Of a stretch of DNA of 64,000 nucleotides, positions 13,092 to 22,375 are shown piece by piece. The stretch's first letter is position 1; every line of letters begins with the position of its first letter. The notes under the pieces are model-generated. The model had not been told where the DNA came from. It saw only the letters and a list, made by a program, of their open reading frames with translations, and did not search any database. The translations under genes were made by a program, and so were the position numbers. The DNA is from Escherichia coli (GTDB lineage: Bacteria > Pseudomonadota > Gammaproteobacteria > Enterobacterales > Enterobacteriaceae), in the NCBI RefSeq assembly GCF_003790525.1, contig NZ_CP033635.1; one strand, 5' to 3'.

Positions 13092-14585
13092 TCAGTCATT
13101 CAGTGGAAGTAATTCATTGTTGTAACTGGTGTACTTACCTTCAACGGTAAGCAAACTGCCGTTTTTATCAAGATGCGCCGCATCGAGTTGTCGAGTCTCA
13201 TTACGCCGCTTCGCATCACGTACCAGCCCATCGCCTACGTAATAAATATAGTGGTCATCATGAGCAAAGGTATCTGATAATTGACCATTGGCGTATTTAA
13301 ACCACGTCCATTGGCCTTTCAGTTCAAAATGCTCAACCGTGTCTTCATCAATAAAATACGTATAGCGATCGTCATGTGCTAAATAATTTAATGGTGTGCC
13401 ATCGGGGCTTTTATACCACTGCCATTGCCCATTAATATCAAAAATAGTCACATCATCGCGCGCGATGAAATAAATTTTGTTCCCTACAACATTAGCACCT
13501 TTCTGTAATTCTTGTTGTGGGTCTGGTAAATGTATGACCGACAGCGTTTTTTCGACCGCAGATATATATTTCACCAGATAGAGCGAATCTTTATATTGCG
13601 CCACATTCTCCGTCAGCGGGCGAAAATATTCCGGATCAACATCAGGAATTGTCGCAACCCGGCAGTCATTAGCACGCCTGGAAGCATCACGCGTCATCCA
13701 GGTTACTTTATCCCGCTGTAGGTCAAATATACTTCGGCAGTTTTTACCGAACGCATAACGTTTCTCCCCGTCTTTATCGCGATAAATTAGCAGTGAACCG
13801 GCTATCCAGCGCACAATATGAAAGGTATCCGGATCGGCGTTGATGGCATCTCCATTCACAAAGACCTGCGATTTAGTCCGCCAGATTGTATCCCAGGGTC
13901 CCGGATTACTTTTGCTTTCGCAGCTATTAGGTGAATAAATAATGGGACGACGTGTCCAGGGTTTAATGTCAAGAATAGAATACCCTTGCGCACTACCTAA
14001 CCAGCGCCCCTGAAAGTAAAGATTGCGACGATCTTTCAGCACATCCGCGGAATCAAGTGAATTCATCCTTCCCCCCACCTGTTGCAGCGAATCCATATCG
14101 ACCTGCTTTTCGCCGTGATTATCATCCGTGCGTTCGCCATCAAAATAGAGGCTGTCTTTATCGGCAGCAAAACGCCCCCATGCGCGGAATGTTGCGGCAT
14201 CGACTTTCGGTGTTCCCGGCGGGTTCTGAACTATTTTCCCTGCCCATAAAATATGGCGGCCATCAGTCAACCAGTCGAAACGCCAACCACCGTTGGTTCT
14301 GATATAAGCGCCACCATCCACCCGCACAAAATCATTATTGATATCATCAGGAGAATCATATTCATCATCAGTGCCGTCAGATACACGGCGCAGTTGTTTG
14401 AACCTCACCTGCGGTAAATGAATATCCGGAAAATAGAGTCCGTAACCATCGCTATCTTCAACAATATATTTTGTTCCTTGCCCCCACGGTTGGTAATAAA
14501 AAGAGGCAGATGGTACGCCGGAGCAGGCTATTGAATTGAGTGAAAATAAAGCCAGTGCGAGACAAACGGGTTTAATTGGTAACAT
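13092..14585 (-). CDS. Secreted repeat protein, DKNYY-like (function unknown), longer paralog
   Basis: 497-aa ORF; N-terminal signal peptide MLPIKPVCLALALFSLNSIACSG; motifs VDAATF...FAADKDSLYFDG and ADPDTF...YRDKDGE; C-terminal W-rich tandem repeats; paralogous to the next ORF. Confidence 0.78.
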   Translation of the reverse strand: MLPIKPVCLALALFSLNSIACSGVPSASFYYQPWGQGTKYIVEDSDGYGLYFPDIHLPQVRFKQLRRVSDGTDDEYDSPDDINNDFVRVDGGAYIRTNGGWRFDWLTDGRHILWAGKIVQNPPGTPKVDAATFRAWGRFAADKDSLYFDGERTDDNHGEKQVDMDSLQQVGGRMNSLDSADVLKDRRNLYFQGRWLGSAQGYSILDIKPWTRRPIIYSPNSCESKSNPGPWDTIWRTKSQVFVNGDAINADPDTFHIVRWIAGSLLIYRDKDGEKRYAFGKNCRSIFDLQRDKVTWMTRDASRRANDCRVATIPDVDPEYFRPLTENVAQYKDSLYLVKYISAVEKTLSVIHLPDPQQELQKGANVVGNKIYFIARDDVTIFDINGQWQWYKSPDGTPLNYLAHDDRYTYFIDEDTVEHFELKGQWTWFKYANGQLSDTFAHDDHYIYYVGDGLVRDAKRRNETRQLDAAHLDKNGSLLTVEGKYTSYNNELLPLND

Positions 14586-14617
14586 AGCGTCATCCTGATG
14601 CTGTTAGCGTGAATAGG

Positions 14618-15775
14618 TTATTTAAATAAGGGTTTAAGCCCGCTCGGGGGTTGCTTCACCGATAACCAACCTCCCTTGCCTAAGTTATAACGCAGCCATT
14701 CACCTTGTTGGGCGTGTTCTTTCCCAATTCCAGTCGCTTGTTGAGTGTAAAGCTGCCCGTCTGTTGATATAAACGTGTTAGTTAATCCCCAACTACCCCC
14801 TGCTTCAAGTGAGTCGGAGAGATCCTCTGGCTTGAGATTAACCAACTCACCTTCGCCCAGGGCGTTAATTGTGACTTTATATATTTGGTTCTTATATAAA
14901 CCGGTATTCCGAACAAACAGATAAAAATATTCCGGATCAACTCCCGCCAGCGTTTCATAAATACACTCACTGCCCGCTGGAGTGGCTTCATATTTGAGCC
15001 AGGACACGTTATTCAGACCAATATTAAAAGGTGCACAGCGATAGCTGGTATCCTCCAGCTCATAGTCACGCTCGCCGCTTTTATCGCGATAAACTAAGCG
15101 TTCGCCAGGCATCCAACGTTTAATCTGAAAAGTTTTGCGATCGGCGGGCAGTGGCTTGCCATTAACAATCACCTGCGAATTTGTCTGCACAACAAATTGC
15201 AGGGAGGAATCATGCCGCAGGATTTGAAATCCGTCAGCGCTTCCCAACCAGTGCCCCTTATGCCAAAGACTATTTTTATCACGCAGTAAATTCCAGATGT
15301 CCGTCTCTTCAAGCGTTGACATATCCACCTGCTTATCACCGCTATTATCATCGGTACGCTGACCATCAAAATAGATACTGCGTTTATCAGCAGCGAAAGC
15401 GCCGAATGCCTGAAAACTGGCAGCGTCGACTATAGGTTTACCGGGGGGATTTTTCAGGACTTTGCCAGACCAAAGAACAGAGCGTCCATCGGTGAGCCAG
15501 GCATGTTCGCAATCCCCCTCATCATCGCAATCGAACTTATCGGGATTAAAATCGGACAGTAACCGGGAATCTTGTTTATTGGCTAAATTGGCAATACGCC
15601 AAAGGCGGGAAAAATTAATATCTGGTAATTCGGAGAGGATCTCATCTTTTTCCCCCTTCTGTTCGACAACATAAACCGTGCCTTTCTCCTGCTGGCGGTA
15701 ATAAAAATCCGCGCCCCAGGAAGGTGAAATAGAGGGAGGTAATGCGGCGATTAATAACCAACTGCGCTTAACCAT
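14618..15775 (-). CDS. Secreted repeat protein, DKNYY-like (function unknown), shorter paralog
   Basis: Start placed at MVKRSWLLIAALPPSISPSWGA (signal peptide, 385 aa). The track ORF extends to 16003 but would overlap the cycA 3' end, so that extension is rejected. Confidence 0.72.
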   Translation of the reverse strand: MVKRSWLLIAALPPSISPSWGADFYYRQQEKGTVYVVEQKGEKDEILSELPDINFSRLWRIANLANKQDSRLLSDFNPDKFDCDDEGDCEHAWLTDGRSVLWSGKVLKNPPGKPIVDAASFQAFGAFAADKRSIYFDGQRTDDNSGDKQVDMSTLEETDIWNLLRDKNSLWHKGHWLGSADGFQILRHDSSLQFVVQTNSQVIVNGKPLPADRKTFQIKRWMPGERLVYRDKSGERDYELEDTSYRCAPFNIGLNNVSWLKYEATPAGSECIYETLAGVDPEYFYLFVRNTGLYKNQIYKVTINALGEGELVNLKPEDLSDSLEAGGSWGLTNTFISTDGQLYTQQATGIGKEHAQQGEWLRYNLGKGGWLSVKQPPSGLKPLFK

Positions 15776-15849
15776 AATGAACTCTGCAACGAGTGGCAAA
15801 GATCCACGGTAAGCTCGCGCCTGAGGGCTGTCTATGATGGTAGATTTTT

Positions 15850-15890
15850 TTAGGAATATATAAAGACAAAGGCACCCGCAGGTGCCTTTC
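15850..15890 (-). terminator. cycA terminator hairpin
   Basis: aaaggcacc-cgc-aggtgccttt stem-loop about 20 nt after the cycA stop, followed on the minus strand by a T-rich tract. Confidence 0.6.
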
Positions 15891-15908
15891 AGAGTTATAA
15901 ACGCGGCA

Positions 15909-17312
15909 TTACTTCGCCATGCGTTTTTTACCAATAAACAGCCAGCCCAGCCCCAGCGCGATAAACCACAGCGGGGTAACCAGCAGCGCCTGGCGGGTGT
16001 CATCTTCCAGTGTCAACAACACCAGAACAAACACAAAGAACGCCATACATACCCAGCACATCAGCTTGCCGAGTGGCATCTTGTAGATCGACTTCTCATG
16101 CAGATGAGGACGCTGTTTGCGATACACCAGGTACGAGCAAAGGATAATCGTCCAGACAAACATAAACAGAATCGCGGAAACGGTTGTAATCATCGTGAAC
16201 GCGCCAATCACGCTGGGATTCACATACAACATCACCACGCCGCCGAGCAGACAGATACAAGAGAAGGTCAGCCCTTTCGCGGGTACTGCGCGCTTAGAGA
16301 GTTTAGCGAACGCTTTCGGTGCCACACCTTCCTGGGCCAGACCAAACAGCATACGGCTGGTAGAGAAGACACCGCTGTTAGCGGAAGACGCCGCAGAGGT
16401 CAGCACCACAAAGTTGATCACGCTGGCAGCCGCAGGCAAACCTACCAACACAAACAGTTCAACGAACGGGCTTTTCTCCGGGACTACCGAACTCCACGGC
16501 GTCACGGACATAATCACAATCAGCGAGAAGACGTAGAACATAATGATACGGATCGGAATGGAGTTAATCGCGCGTGGCAGTGATTTCTCTGGATCTTTGG
16601 TTTCCGCAGCGGTGGTACCTACCAGCTCAATCCCTACGAAAGCGAAAACCGCTATCTGGAATCCAGCAAAGAAGCCACTTAAGCCTTTCGGGAACCAGCC
16701 GCCGTCATTCCACAAATGTGCAAATGATGCTTCCACACCGGTCGGTGACTGAAAGTGCATCGCCACCATGACCAGGCCGACAACAATCAGCGACACGATG
16801 GCGACGATTTTGATCATCGCAAACCAGAACTCCATCTCACCGAACATTTTTACCGTGGCGAGGTTTAGAACCAGTAACAGAATGATCACGGATAACGAAG
16901 CAACCCAGTCAGAAAGCCCAGGGAACCAGAATTGCGCATAGGCGGTAATGGCAACCACGTCTGCCATACCGGTTACAACCCAGCAGAACCAGTAAGTCCA
17001 GCCGGTGAAATATCCTGCCCACGGCCCGAGTAAATCGGAAGCGAAGTCACTAAAAGATTTGTATTCCAGATTCGAAAGCAGCAATTCCCCCATTGCCCGC
17101 ATCACGAAAAAGAGCATAAAACCGATGATCATATAAACGAAAATGATCGACGGCCCGGCAAGGCTAATCGTTTTGCCGGACCCCATAAACAACCCTGTAC
17201 CAATGGCACCGCCAATGGCAATAAGCTGAATATGTCGGTTTGTGAGATTGCGCCGTAGCGACTGTTCAGCCGGAGCCTGATCATCGGCAACGACTTTTAC
17301 CTGATCTACCAT
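15909..17312 (-). CDS. cycA: D-serine/D-alanine/glycine:H+ symporter CycA (APC family)
   Basis: 467-aa ORF MVDQVKVVADDQAPAEQSLRRNLTNRHIQLIAIGGAIGTGLF...; amino-acid permease signature. Confidence 0.94.
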   Translation of the reverse strand: MVDQVKVVADDQAPAEQSLRRNLTNRHIQLIAIGGAIGTGLFMGSGKTISLAGPSIIFVYMIIGFMLFFVMRAMGELLLSNLEYKSFSDFASDLLGPWAGYFTGWTYWFCWVVTGMADVVAITAYAQFWFPGLSDWVASLSVIILLLVLNLATVKMFGEMEFWFAMIKIVAIVSLIVVGLVMVAMHFQSPTGVEASFAHLWNDGGWFPKGLSGFFAGFQIAVFAFVGIELVGTTAAETKDPEKSLPRAINSIPIRIIMFYVFSLIVIMSVTPWSSVVPEKSPFVELFVLVGLPAAASVINFVVLTSAASSANSGVFSTSRMLFGLAQEGVAPKAFAKLSKRAVPAKGLTFSCICLLGGVVMLYVNPSVIGAFTMITTVSAILFMFVWTIILCSYLVYRKQRPHLHEKSIYKMPLGKLMCWVCMAFFVFVLVLLTLEDDTRQALLVTPLWFIALGLGWLFIGKKRMAK

Positions 17313-17620
17313 GTTTTTTTCTTCCTGTACCTGTCTGTGTTGTTCAGGCTCTACGGCCTTTAGTCAGTCTATGATACGACGAATCTGTATCGGGACTCAT
17401 CGATATTAGGTAACAATACGCGGGATGAATACTAAGATTTAGATCTAATGTTAATTTTATGTTTAAAGTGAGTGTCATATCACGGTGATAACGCGAAACA
17501 GCTCACAAAAATACACGCTTACGGGGTCTTTGCAACATAAAATAGCGCCGTTTGGCAAACTGAAGGGTTTATTGCTGAATGCCTGCTCCCCTCTGGTTCG
17601 AGGGGAACAGAATGCGCTGC
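17313..17620 (-). promoter_or_regulatory. cycA promoter and 5' UTR
   Basis: 308-bp non-coding region upstream of cycA. The cycA leader is a known GcvB sRNA target, but the site was not mapped here. Confidence 0.4.
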
Positions 17621-18241
17621 TTAGAGGATTTCCAGCAGTTCGACTTCAAACACCAGGGTGCTGAACGGAGGGATGGACGCGCCTGCGCCACGCTCGCCAT
17701 ATGCCAGTTCCTGCGGGATAGTCAGTTCCCATTTAGAACCTACCGGCATCAGAGTCAGTGCTTCAATCCAGCCAGGGATCACGCCGTTAACCGGGAATTC
17801 AGCTGGCTCGCCGCGAGCAACGGAGCTGTCAAACACGGTGCCGTCGATCAGTTTACCGGTGTAATGAACACGAACGCGGTCGGTACGTGCCGGAATTGCG
17901 CCTTCACCCTGGTTGATCACGCGGAATTGCAGGCCAGATTCGGTGCTATTTACACCTTCTTTTTTGGCGTTTTCTTCCAGGTATTTCACACCTTCAGCAG
18001 CCATCGCCTGGAAACGCTGACGACGAACGGCATCGGCGCGTTCGTGGATTTCACGCAGCGCGCGGTGCACCACATCAACCGGAACAGCCGGATGTTTGCC
18101 TTCCAGCGCATCAGCAATGCCTGCAACCAGTGCTTCTGGCAGCAGCCCTTCCAGGCCAGATTCACTCAGTTGTTGCCCTACCTGCAAACCAATGCCGTAG
18201 CTTGCTTGCGCTTCGATGGTGTCAAAAGTTGGGGTGGTCAT
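17621..18241 (-). CDS. fklB: FKBP-type peptidyl-prolyl cis-trans isomerase FklB
   Basis: Start at [20 protein letters not shown] gives 206 aa; track ORF 5' extension rejected. Confidence 0.92.
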
Positions 18242-18458
18242 CGTATTTCCTTTCTTAGGGTATAAAGTAGCGGGCAGCATATCAGCCACACTTCTTTGGG
18301 TAAAACTTTGTCGCGGGAATGATGACAAATCCCGGGGAAAAAGAAACAATAGCAATATCCCGTATGAATATAATAAAGGCGGGTTTACCACGGACATCAT
18401 AGCGTTAGCTTATTCATAGGCTATGATTGAGGAACAAGACGCGGAGCAGGAGGAAACC

Positions 18459-19088
18459 ATGCCCGGGCGCTTTGAACTAAAACCAACCCTGGAGAAAGTC
18501 TGGCACGCGCCGGACAATTTTCGCTTCATGGACCCGCTGCCGCCGATGCATCGCCGGGGAGTCATTATTGCGGCAATAGTGCTGATTATCGGTATTCTTC
18601 TGCCTGGAGATGAAACACGCCAGATGCCTGTTGTCACCCGCGAAGCGCAGTTAGATATGCAATCACCCCCCCCAGGTGAAGCACAGCTACAGGCACATTT
18701 AGTGACGCCGCAAAACGATCCGGATCAGGTCGCCCCGGTCGCGCCGGAACCTATTCAGGAAGGTCAACCTGAAGAGCCACCTGTTGCAGAGACACAATCT
18801 TTCCAACCGGAAAGTGGTATCGATCAACAGTGGCGGACATATCGCGTAGAACCAGGCAAGACCCTTGCCCAGCTGTTCCGCGACCATAATTTGCCGCCTA
18901 CAGACGTGTACGCTATGGCCCAGGTCGAGGGCGCGGATAAACCACTCAGTAACCTGCAAAATGGTCAGATTGTTAAAATCCGTCAAAATGCGAATGGGGT
19001 GGTTACCGGCTTAACCATTGATACGGGAAATAATCAGCAAGTCCTGTTCACCCGCCAACCTGATGGTAATTTCATCCGCGCACGCTGA
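18459..19088 (+). CDS. ytfB: Cell-division protein YtfB (OapA/LysM-like C-terminal domain)
   Basis: Start at MPGRFELKPTLEKVWHAPDNFRFMDPLPP; TM segment then a Pro/Gln-rich linker. The upstream ATG at 18423 is possible. Confidence 0.82.
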   Translation: MPGRFELKPTLEKVWHAPDNFRFMDPLPPMHRRGVIIAAIVLIIGILLPGDETRQMPVVTREAQLDMQSPPPGEAQLQAHLVTPQNDPDQVAPVAPEPIQEGQPEEPPVAETQSFQPESGIDQQWRTYRVEPGKTLAQLFRDHNLPPTDVYAMAQVEGADKPLSNLQNGQIVKIRQNANGVVTGLTIDTGNNQQVLFTRQPDGNFIRAR

Positions 19089-19727
19089 TTACCCACGGGC
19101 AGGGTTCACCAAAAGCCAGCTCAGGATGGTCTCTTTGATCACCCTGCGTCTGGCTTCCAAAGCCTCAGGTGAAACCATGCTAATGTGATAAACCATCCCC
19201 AGTGTGTACTGGTTTATTAAATAATATGCACCCAGTGCGGCGATATTAATGTTGATTTGTAAGGGATCAATATATTTCTTAAAGGTTTTCTGCCGCTGCC
19301 CTTCTTCTAATAATGAAGCCATTGACTGCAAATGTGCATGGTTAATTTCAGCGAGGCGTTTTGATTTTTTATAATGCACACCCTTACTTTGGTTTTCACT
19401 ATGGACAATTTTTAAAAACCACGGGTTATTGATGTAATAATCCCAAGTAAAATCAATTATTTTCTCGATCGCAATAACCGGCGAAAGCCCTGAAATGTCA
19501 AGCTCTCTCTCTTTTTCGCGAATATCGTTCCAGGTATATTCCAGTACTTCAATAAACAAATTTTCTTTATTACCAAAGTGGTGATAAACCGTCTGTTTAC
19601 TGCACCCTGCTGCCTTAACAATATTATCTACTCTGGCCCCTTCGTAACCATATTCGGCAAATTCATTAACCGCGCATAGCAGCAATTTTTCCTTCAGGTT
19701 TTGTGCGTGACTGGTATCAAGATACAT
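19089..19727 (-). CDS. TetR/AcrR-family transcriptional regulator (intact)
   Basis: Start placed at [58 protein letters not shown] (TetR HTH), with a GGGGA-type RBS upstream. Track ORF upstream Met codons lack an RBS. Divergent from the downstream operon. Confidence 0.8.
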   Translation of the reverse strand: MYLDTSHAQNLKEKLLLCAVNEFAEYGYEGARVDNIVKAAGCSKQTVYHHFGNKENLFIEVLEYTWNDIREKERELDISGLSPVIAIEKIIDFTWDYYINNPWFLKIVHSENQSKGVHYKKSKRLAEINHAHLQSMASLLEEGQRQKTFKKYIDPLQININIAALGAYYLINQYTLGMVYHISMVSPEALEARRRVIKETILSWLLVNPARG

Positions 19728-19848
19728 TCCACTTCCCCACTTCCTCTTCGTGATGGCTATCATAACCGGATTTGATCTCAGCGACAGCAAAAAGGATAAA
19801 AGTCGTAATTTCATTGAGTTATCAAATTACCTGTGATCACTCTCGCAT

Positions 19849-19870
19849 ATCAACCAACTAGATGGTTGAT
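19849..19870. promoter_or_regulatory. Candidate TetR operator palindrome in the divergent promoter region
   Basis: ATCAACCA-ACTAGA-TGGTTGAT (8-bp perfect inverted arms) between the TetR start (19727) and the SDR start (19937). Confidence 0.4.
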
Positions 19871-19936
19871 CTTTTTACCTTCCAGTCGCAAGCTAATCAT
19901 CACTCAAGGAAACAATATTCAAAAGAGGGTCATTGT

Positions 19937-20728
19937 ATGAAATCCACTCGTCCTGTTGCTGTCATCACTGGTGCTGCACGTGGTATTGGAAAGGGTTGTG
20001 CGCTGGAACTTGCTCGTAGCGGGTTTAACCTGCTGATTAACGATCGCCCTGATGCCGACAGCGTAGAAAAACTGCATATCACACAACAAGAATGTATGGC
20101 AGAAGGCGTGGAGGTCATTTGCTTCCCTGCCGATGTTGGCGATCTCTCCCTGCATGAAGAGATGCTCGACGCGGCGCAAAACCAGTGGGGGCGTCTGGAC
20201 TGTCTGCTCAACAACGCAGGGATTTCAGTGAAAAAGCGCGGTGACCTCCTCGATCTCGAGCCAGACAGTTTCGACCAAAACATTGCCATCAATACCCGCG
20301 CGCCGTTCTTCCTCGCTCAGGCATTCAGTAAACGTCTGCTCGCACAGCCGAAACCGGAAGCGGAGCTGCCGCACCGCTCGATTATTTTTGTCAGTTCAAT
20401 CAACGCCATCATGCTGGCGATGAATCGCGGCGAATACACCATTGCCAAAACCGCCGTTTCTGCCGCTGCTCGTCTGTTTGCTGCTCGCCTTTGTAATGAA
20501 CAAATTGGCGTTTATGAAGTGCGTCCTGGTCTCATCAAAACCGATATGACTATTCCGGCAACGGCCTATTACGACGAACTGATTGCCAAAGGTCTGGTGC
20601 CGTGGGGACGTTGGGGTTATCCGGCTGATATTGCTTCCACTGTCCGCGCGATGGCGGAAGGTAAACTGATTTACACCTGTGGTCAGGCGGTCGCCATCGA
20701 CGGCGGCTTAAGTATGCCGCGCTTCTGA
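19937..20728 (+). CDS. Short-chain dehydrogenase/reductase (SDR) family oxidoreductase
   Basis: Start MKSTRPVAVITGAARGIGKG (TGxxxGxG) with AGAGGG RBS; NNAG and YxxxK (YTIAK) catalytic motifs. Confidence 0.85.
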   Translation: MKSTRPVAVITGAARGIGKGCALELARSGFNLLINDRPDADSVEKLHITQQECMAEGVEVICFPADVGDLSLHEEMLDAAQNQWGRLDCLLNNAGISVKKRGDLLDLEPDSFDQNIAINTRAPFFLAQAFSKRLLAQPKPEAELPHRSIIFVSSINAIMLAMNRGEYTIAKTAVSAAARLFAARLCNEQIGVYEVRPGLIKTDMTIPATAYYDELIAKGLVPWGRWGYPADIASTVRAMAEGKLIYTCGQAVAIDGGLSMPRF

Positions 20729-20737
20729 GGCTGAATC

Positions 20738-21580
20738 ATGAGAGATCTGTTACAACGCCCGGATTTATTCAGTATCAATACCGCGACACTGGGCTATAAA
20801 ACGCCGCTGCCCGCCATTATTGATGCCTGCGCCGCACGCGGTATTGGCGCCATTGCCCCCTGGCGCAGGGAGTTGCAGGGTGAAGATCTCCAGCAAATCG
20901 CCCGCCAGCTTGCTGCCAGTAACATAAACGTTTCCGGTTTGTGCCGTAGCACCTACTACACCGCACCGACGCTGGCGGAGCGCAAACTGGCGATTGACGA
21001 TAACCGCCGGGCGCTGGACGACGCCGCTGTACTGAACGCCGCCTGTTATATGCAGGTGGTTGGCGGTCTGCCAATGGGAACAAAAGATCTGTACGAAGCG
21101 CGGGAACAGGTGAAACAAGGGATTCGCCAGTTGCTGCCACATTCGAAAGATGTCGGTGTGCCAATTGCACTGGAGCCACTGCACCCGATGACTGCTGCCG
21201 ATCGTTCTTGTCTGTGCACGTTACGTCAGGCGCTGGACTGGTGTGATGAACTCGATCCCGATGGCGAATTTGGCCTCGGCGTGGCGGTAGATGTCTACCA
21301 TGTCTGGTGGGATCCGGATCTCGTCAGTCAGATCCTGCGTGCCGGAAAACGCATCCTCGCGTTTCATGTTTCCGACTGGTTAGTGCCGACCACCGATCTG
21401 GTCAATGACCGTGGAATGCCGGGAGATGGTGTCATCAATATTCCGTCAATTCGTCGGCTGGTTGAAAACGCCGGATTTAATGGCGCTATTGAACTGGAAA
21501 TATTCTCACCGTATTGGTGGCAGCAAGATATTGACAGCACACTGGATATTAGCGTCGATCGCATCGCGCATTATTGCTAA
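20738..21580 (+). CDS. Sugar-phosphate isomerase/epimerase-like protein (xylose-isomerase-type TIM barrel)
   Basis: 280-aa ORF; family call from overall similarity to TIM-barrel AP-endonuclease-2/xylose-isomerase-like proteins (IALEPLHP region); weaker than a motif-based call. Confidence 0.65.
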   Translation: MRDLLQRPDLFSINTATLGYKTPLPAIIDACAARGIGAIAPWRRELQGEDLQQIARQLAASNINVSGLCRSTYYTAPTLAERKLAIDDNRRALDDAAVLNAACYMQVVGGLPMGTKDLYEAREQVKQGIRQLLPHSKDVGVPIALEPLHPMTAADRSCLCTLRQALDWCDELDPDGEFGLGVAVDVYHVWWDPDLVSQILRAGKRILAFHVSDWLVPTTDLVNDRGMPGDGVINIPSIRRLVENAGFNGAIELEIFSPYWWQQDIDSTLDISVDRIAHYC

Positions 21581-21589
21581 GGAATAATC

Positions 21590-22366
21590 ATGAGTGACCA
21601 ACCCGTTCTGTTCAGCAGAGCGGCGGCTTCTTGCCGCCTGACATTGAACCGTGAAGATAAATGTCATGCTATTAATGAAGAAATGATCGAATCTCTCGAC
21701 CATTATTTAAATGAAATTGAAAACGACACCACATTACGATTAGTCGAATTAACGGCAACCGGCGATAAATTCTTTTGTGCAGGCGGCGATATTAAATCGT
21801 GGTCAGCCTATTCGCCATTAGATATGGGCAGAAAATGGATTAAACGCGGCAATGACGTTTTTAATCGCCTGCGCAATTTACCTCAATTAACGGTTGCGAA
21901 TCTCAACGGTCATACCATCGGCGGTGGTATTGAACTTGCCTTGTGCTGCGATATTCGTATTGCTCGCCCCAGCGCGAAATTCTCTAATCCGGAAGTAATG
22001 CTCGGCATGGTGCCTGGCTGGATGGGCATTGAACGCGTGCTTAATCAGGTCGGTCCGGTGGTCGGTCGCCAGATGCTGATGCTGGGTAAACGCCTGACGG
22101 CGCAGGAAGCTCAGGCGGCGAATTTAATTGATGAAGTGGTAGAAAAAGAACAGGTGGAAAGCTGGATGGCGAATCAGTTAGCGCAGCTGGAAAAATGTGG
22201 TCCGGTGGCGCTTGCACATATTAAGCAACTGATTCTGGCACTGGAAAATAAACATGCCGATTACCCGCACCAGCTACTGGCCGGATTAATGTCCGCCACT
22301 CAGGATTGCCAGCAGGCGACGCGCGCCTTTGCCGAAAAAAGTAGCGTGAGCTTCCATAATCAATAA
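21590..22366 (+). CDS. Enoyl-CoA hydratase/isomerase (crotonase) family protein
   Basis: 258-aa ORF; crotonase-fold motifs (FCAGGDIKSW, GHTIGGGIELALCCDIRIA). Confidence 0.85.
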   Translation: MSDQPVLFSRAAASCRLTLNREDKCHAINEEMIESLDHYLNEIENDTTLRLVELTATGDKFFCAGGDIKSWSAYSPLDMGRKWIKRGNDVFNRLRNLPQLTVANLNGHTIGGGIELALCCDIRIARPSAKFSNPEVMLGMVPGWMGIERVLNQVGPVVGRQMLMLGKRLTAQEAQAANLIDEVVEKEQVESWMANQLAQLEKCGPVALAHIKQLILALENKHADYPHQLLAGLMSATQDCQQATRAFAEKSSVSFHNQ

Positions 22367-22375
22367 GGAAATTGT

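Noticed and set aside
15776-16003. 5' extension of the shorter DKNYY-like ORF up to the ATG at 16003
   Set aside because: It would overlap the cycA 3' end and terminator hairpin and adds a non-signal-peptide N-terminus. The internal ATG at 15775 yields a canonical signal peptide.
15882-16583. 233-aa plus-strand ORF and 139-aa ORF 16117..16536
   Set aside because: Antisense to cycA; no RBS or domain signature; His/Arg/Gln-rich composition.
19728-19814. Longer N-terminus for the TetR-like regulator starting at the ATG at 19814 or 19763
   Set aside because: Neither upstream ATG has a Shine-Dalgarno sequence, and they add about 17-29 residues before the HTH. The ATG at 19727 has a GGGGA RBS and gives a typical roughly 212-aa TetR protein.
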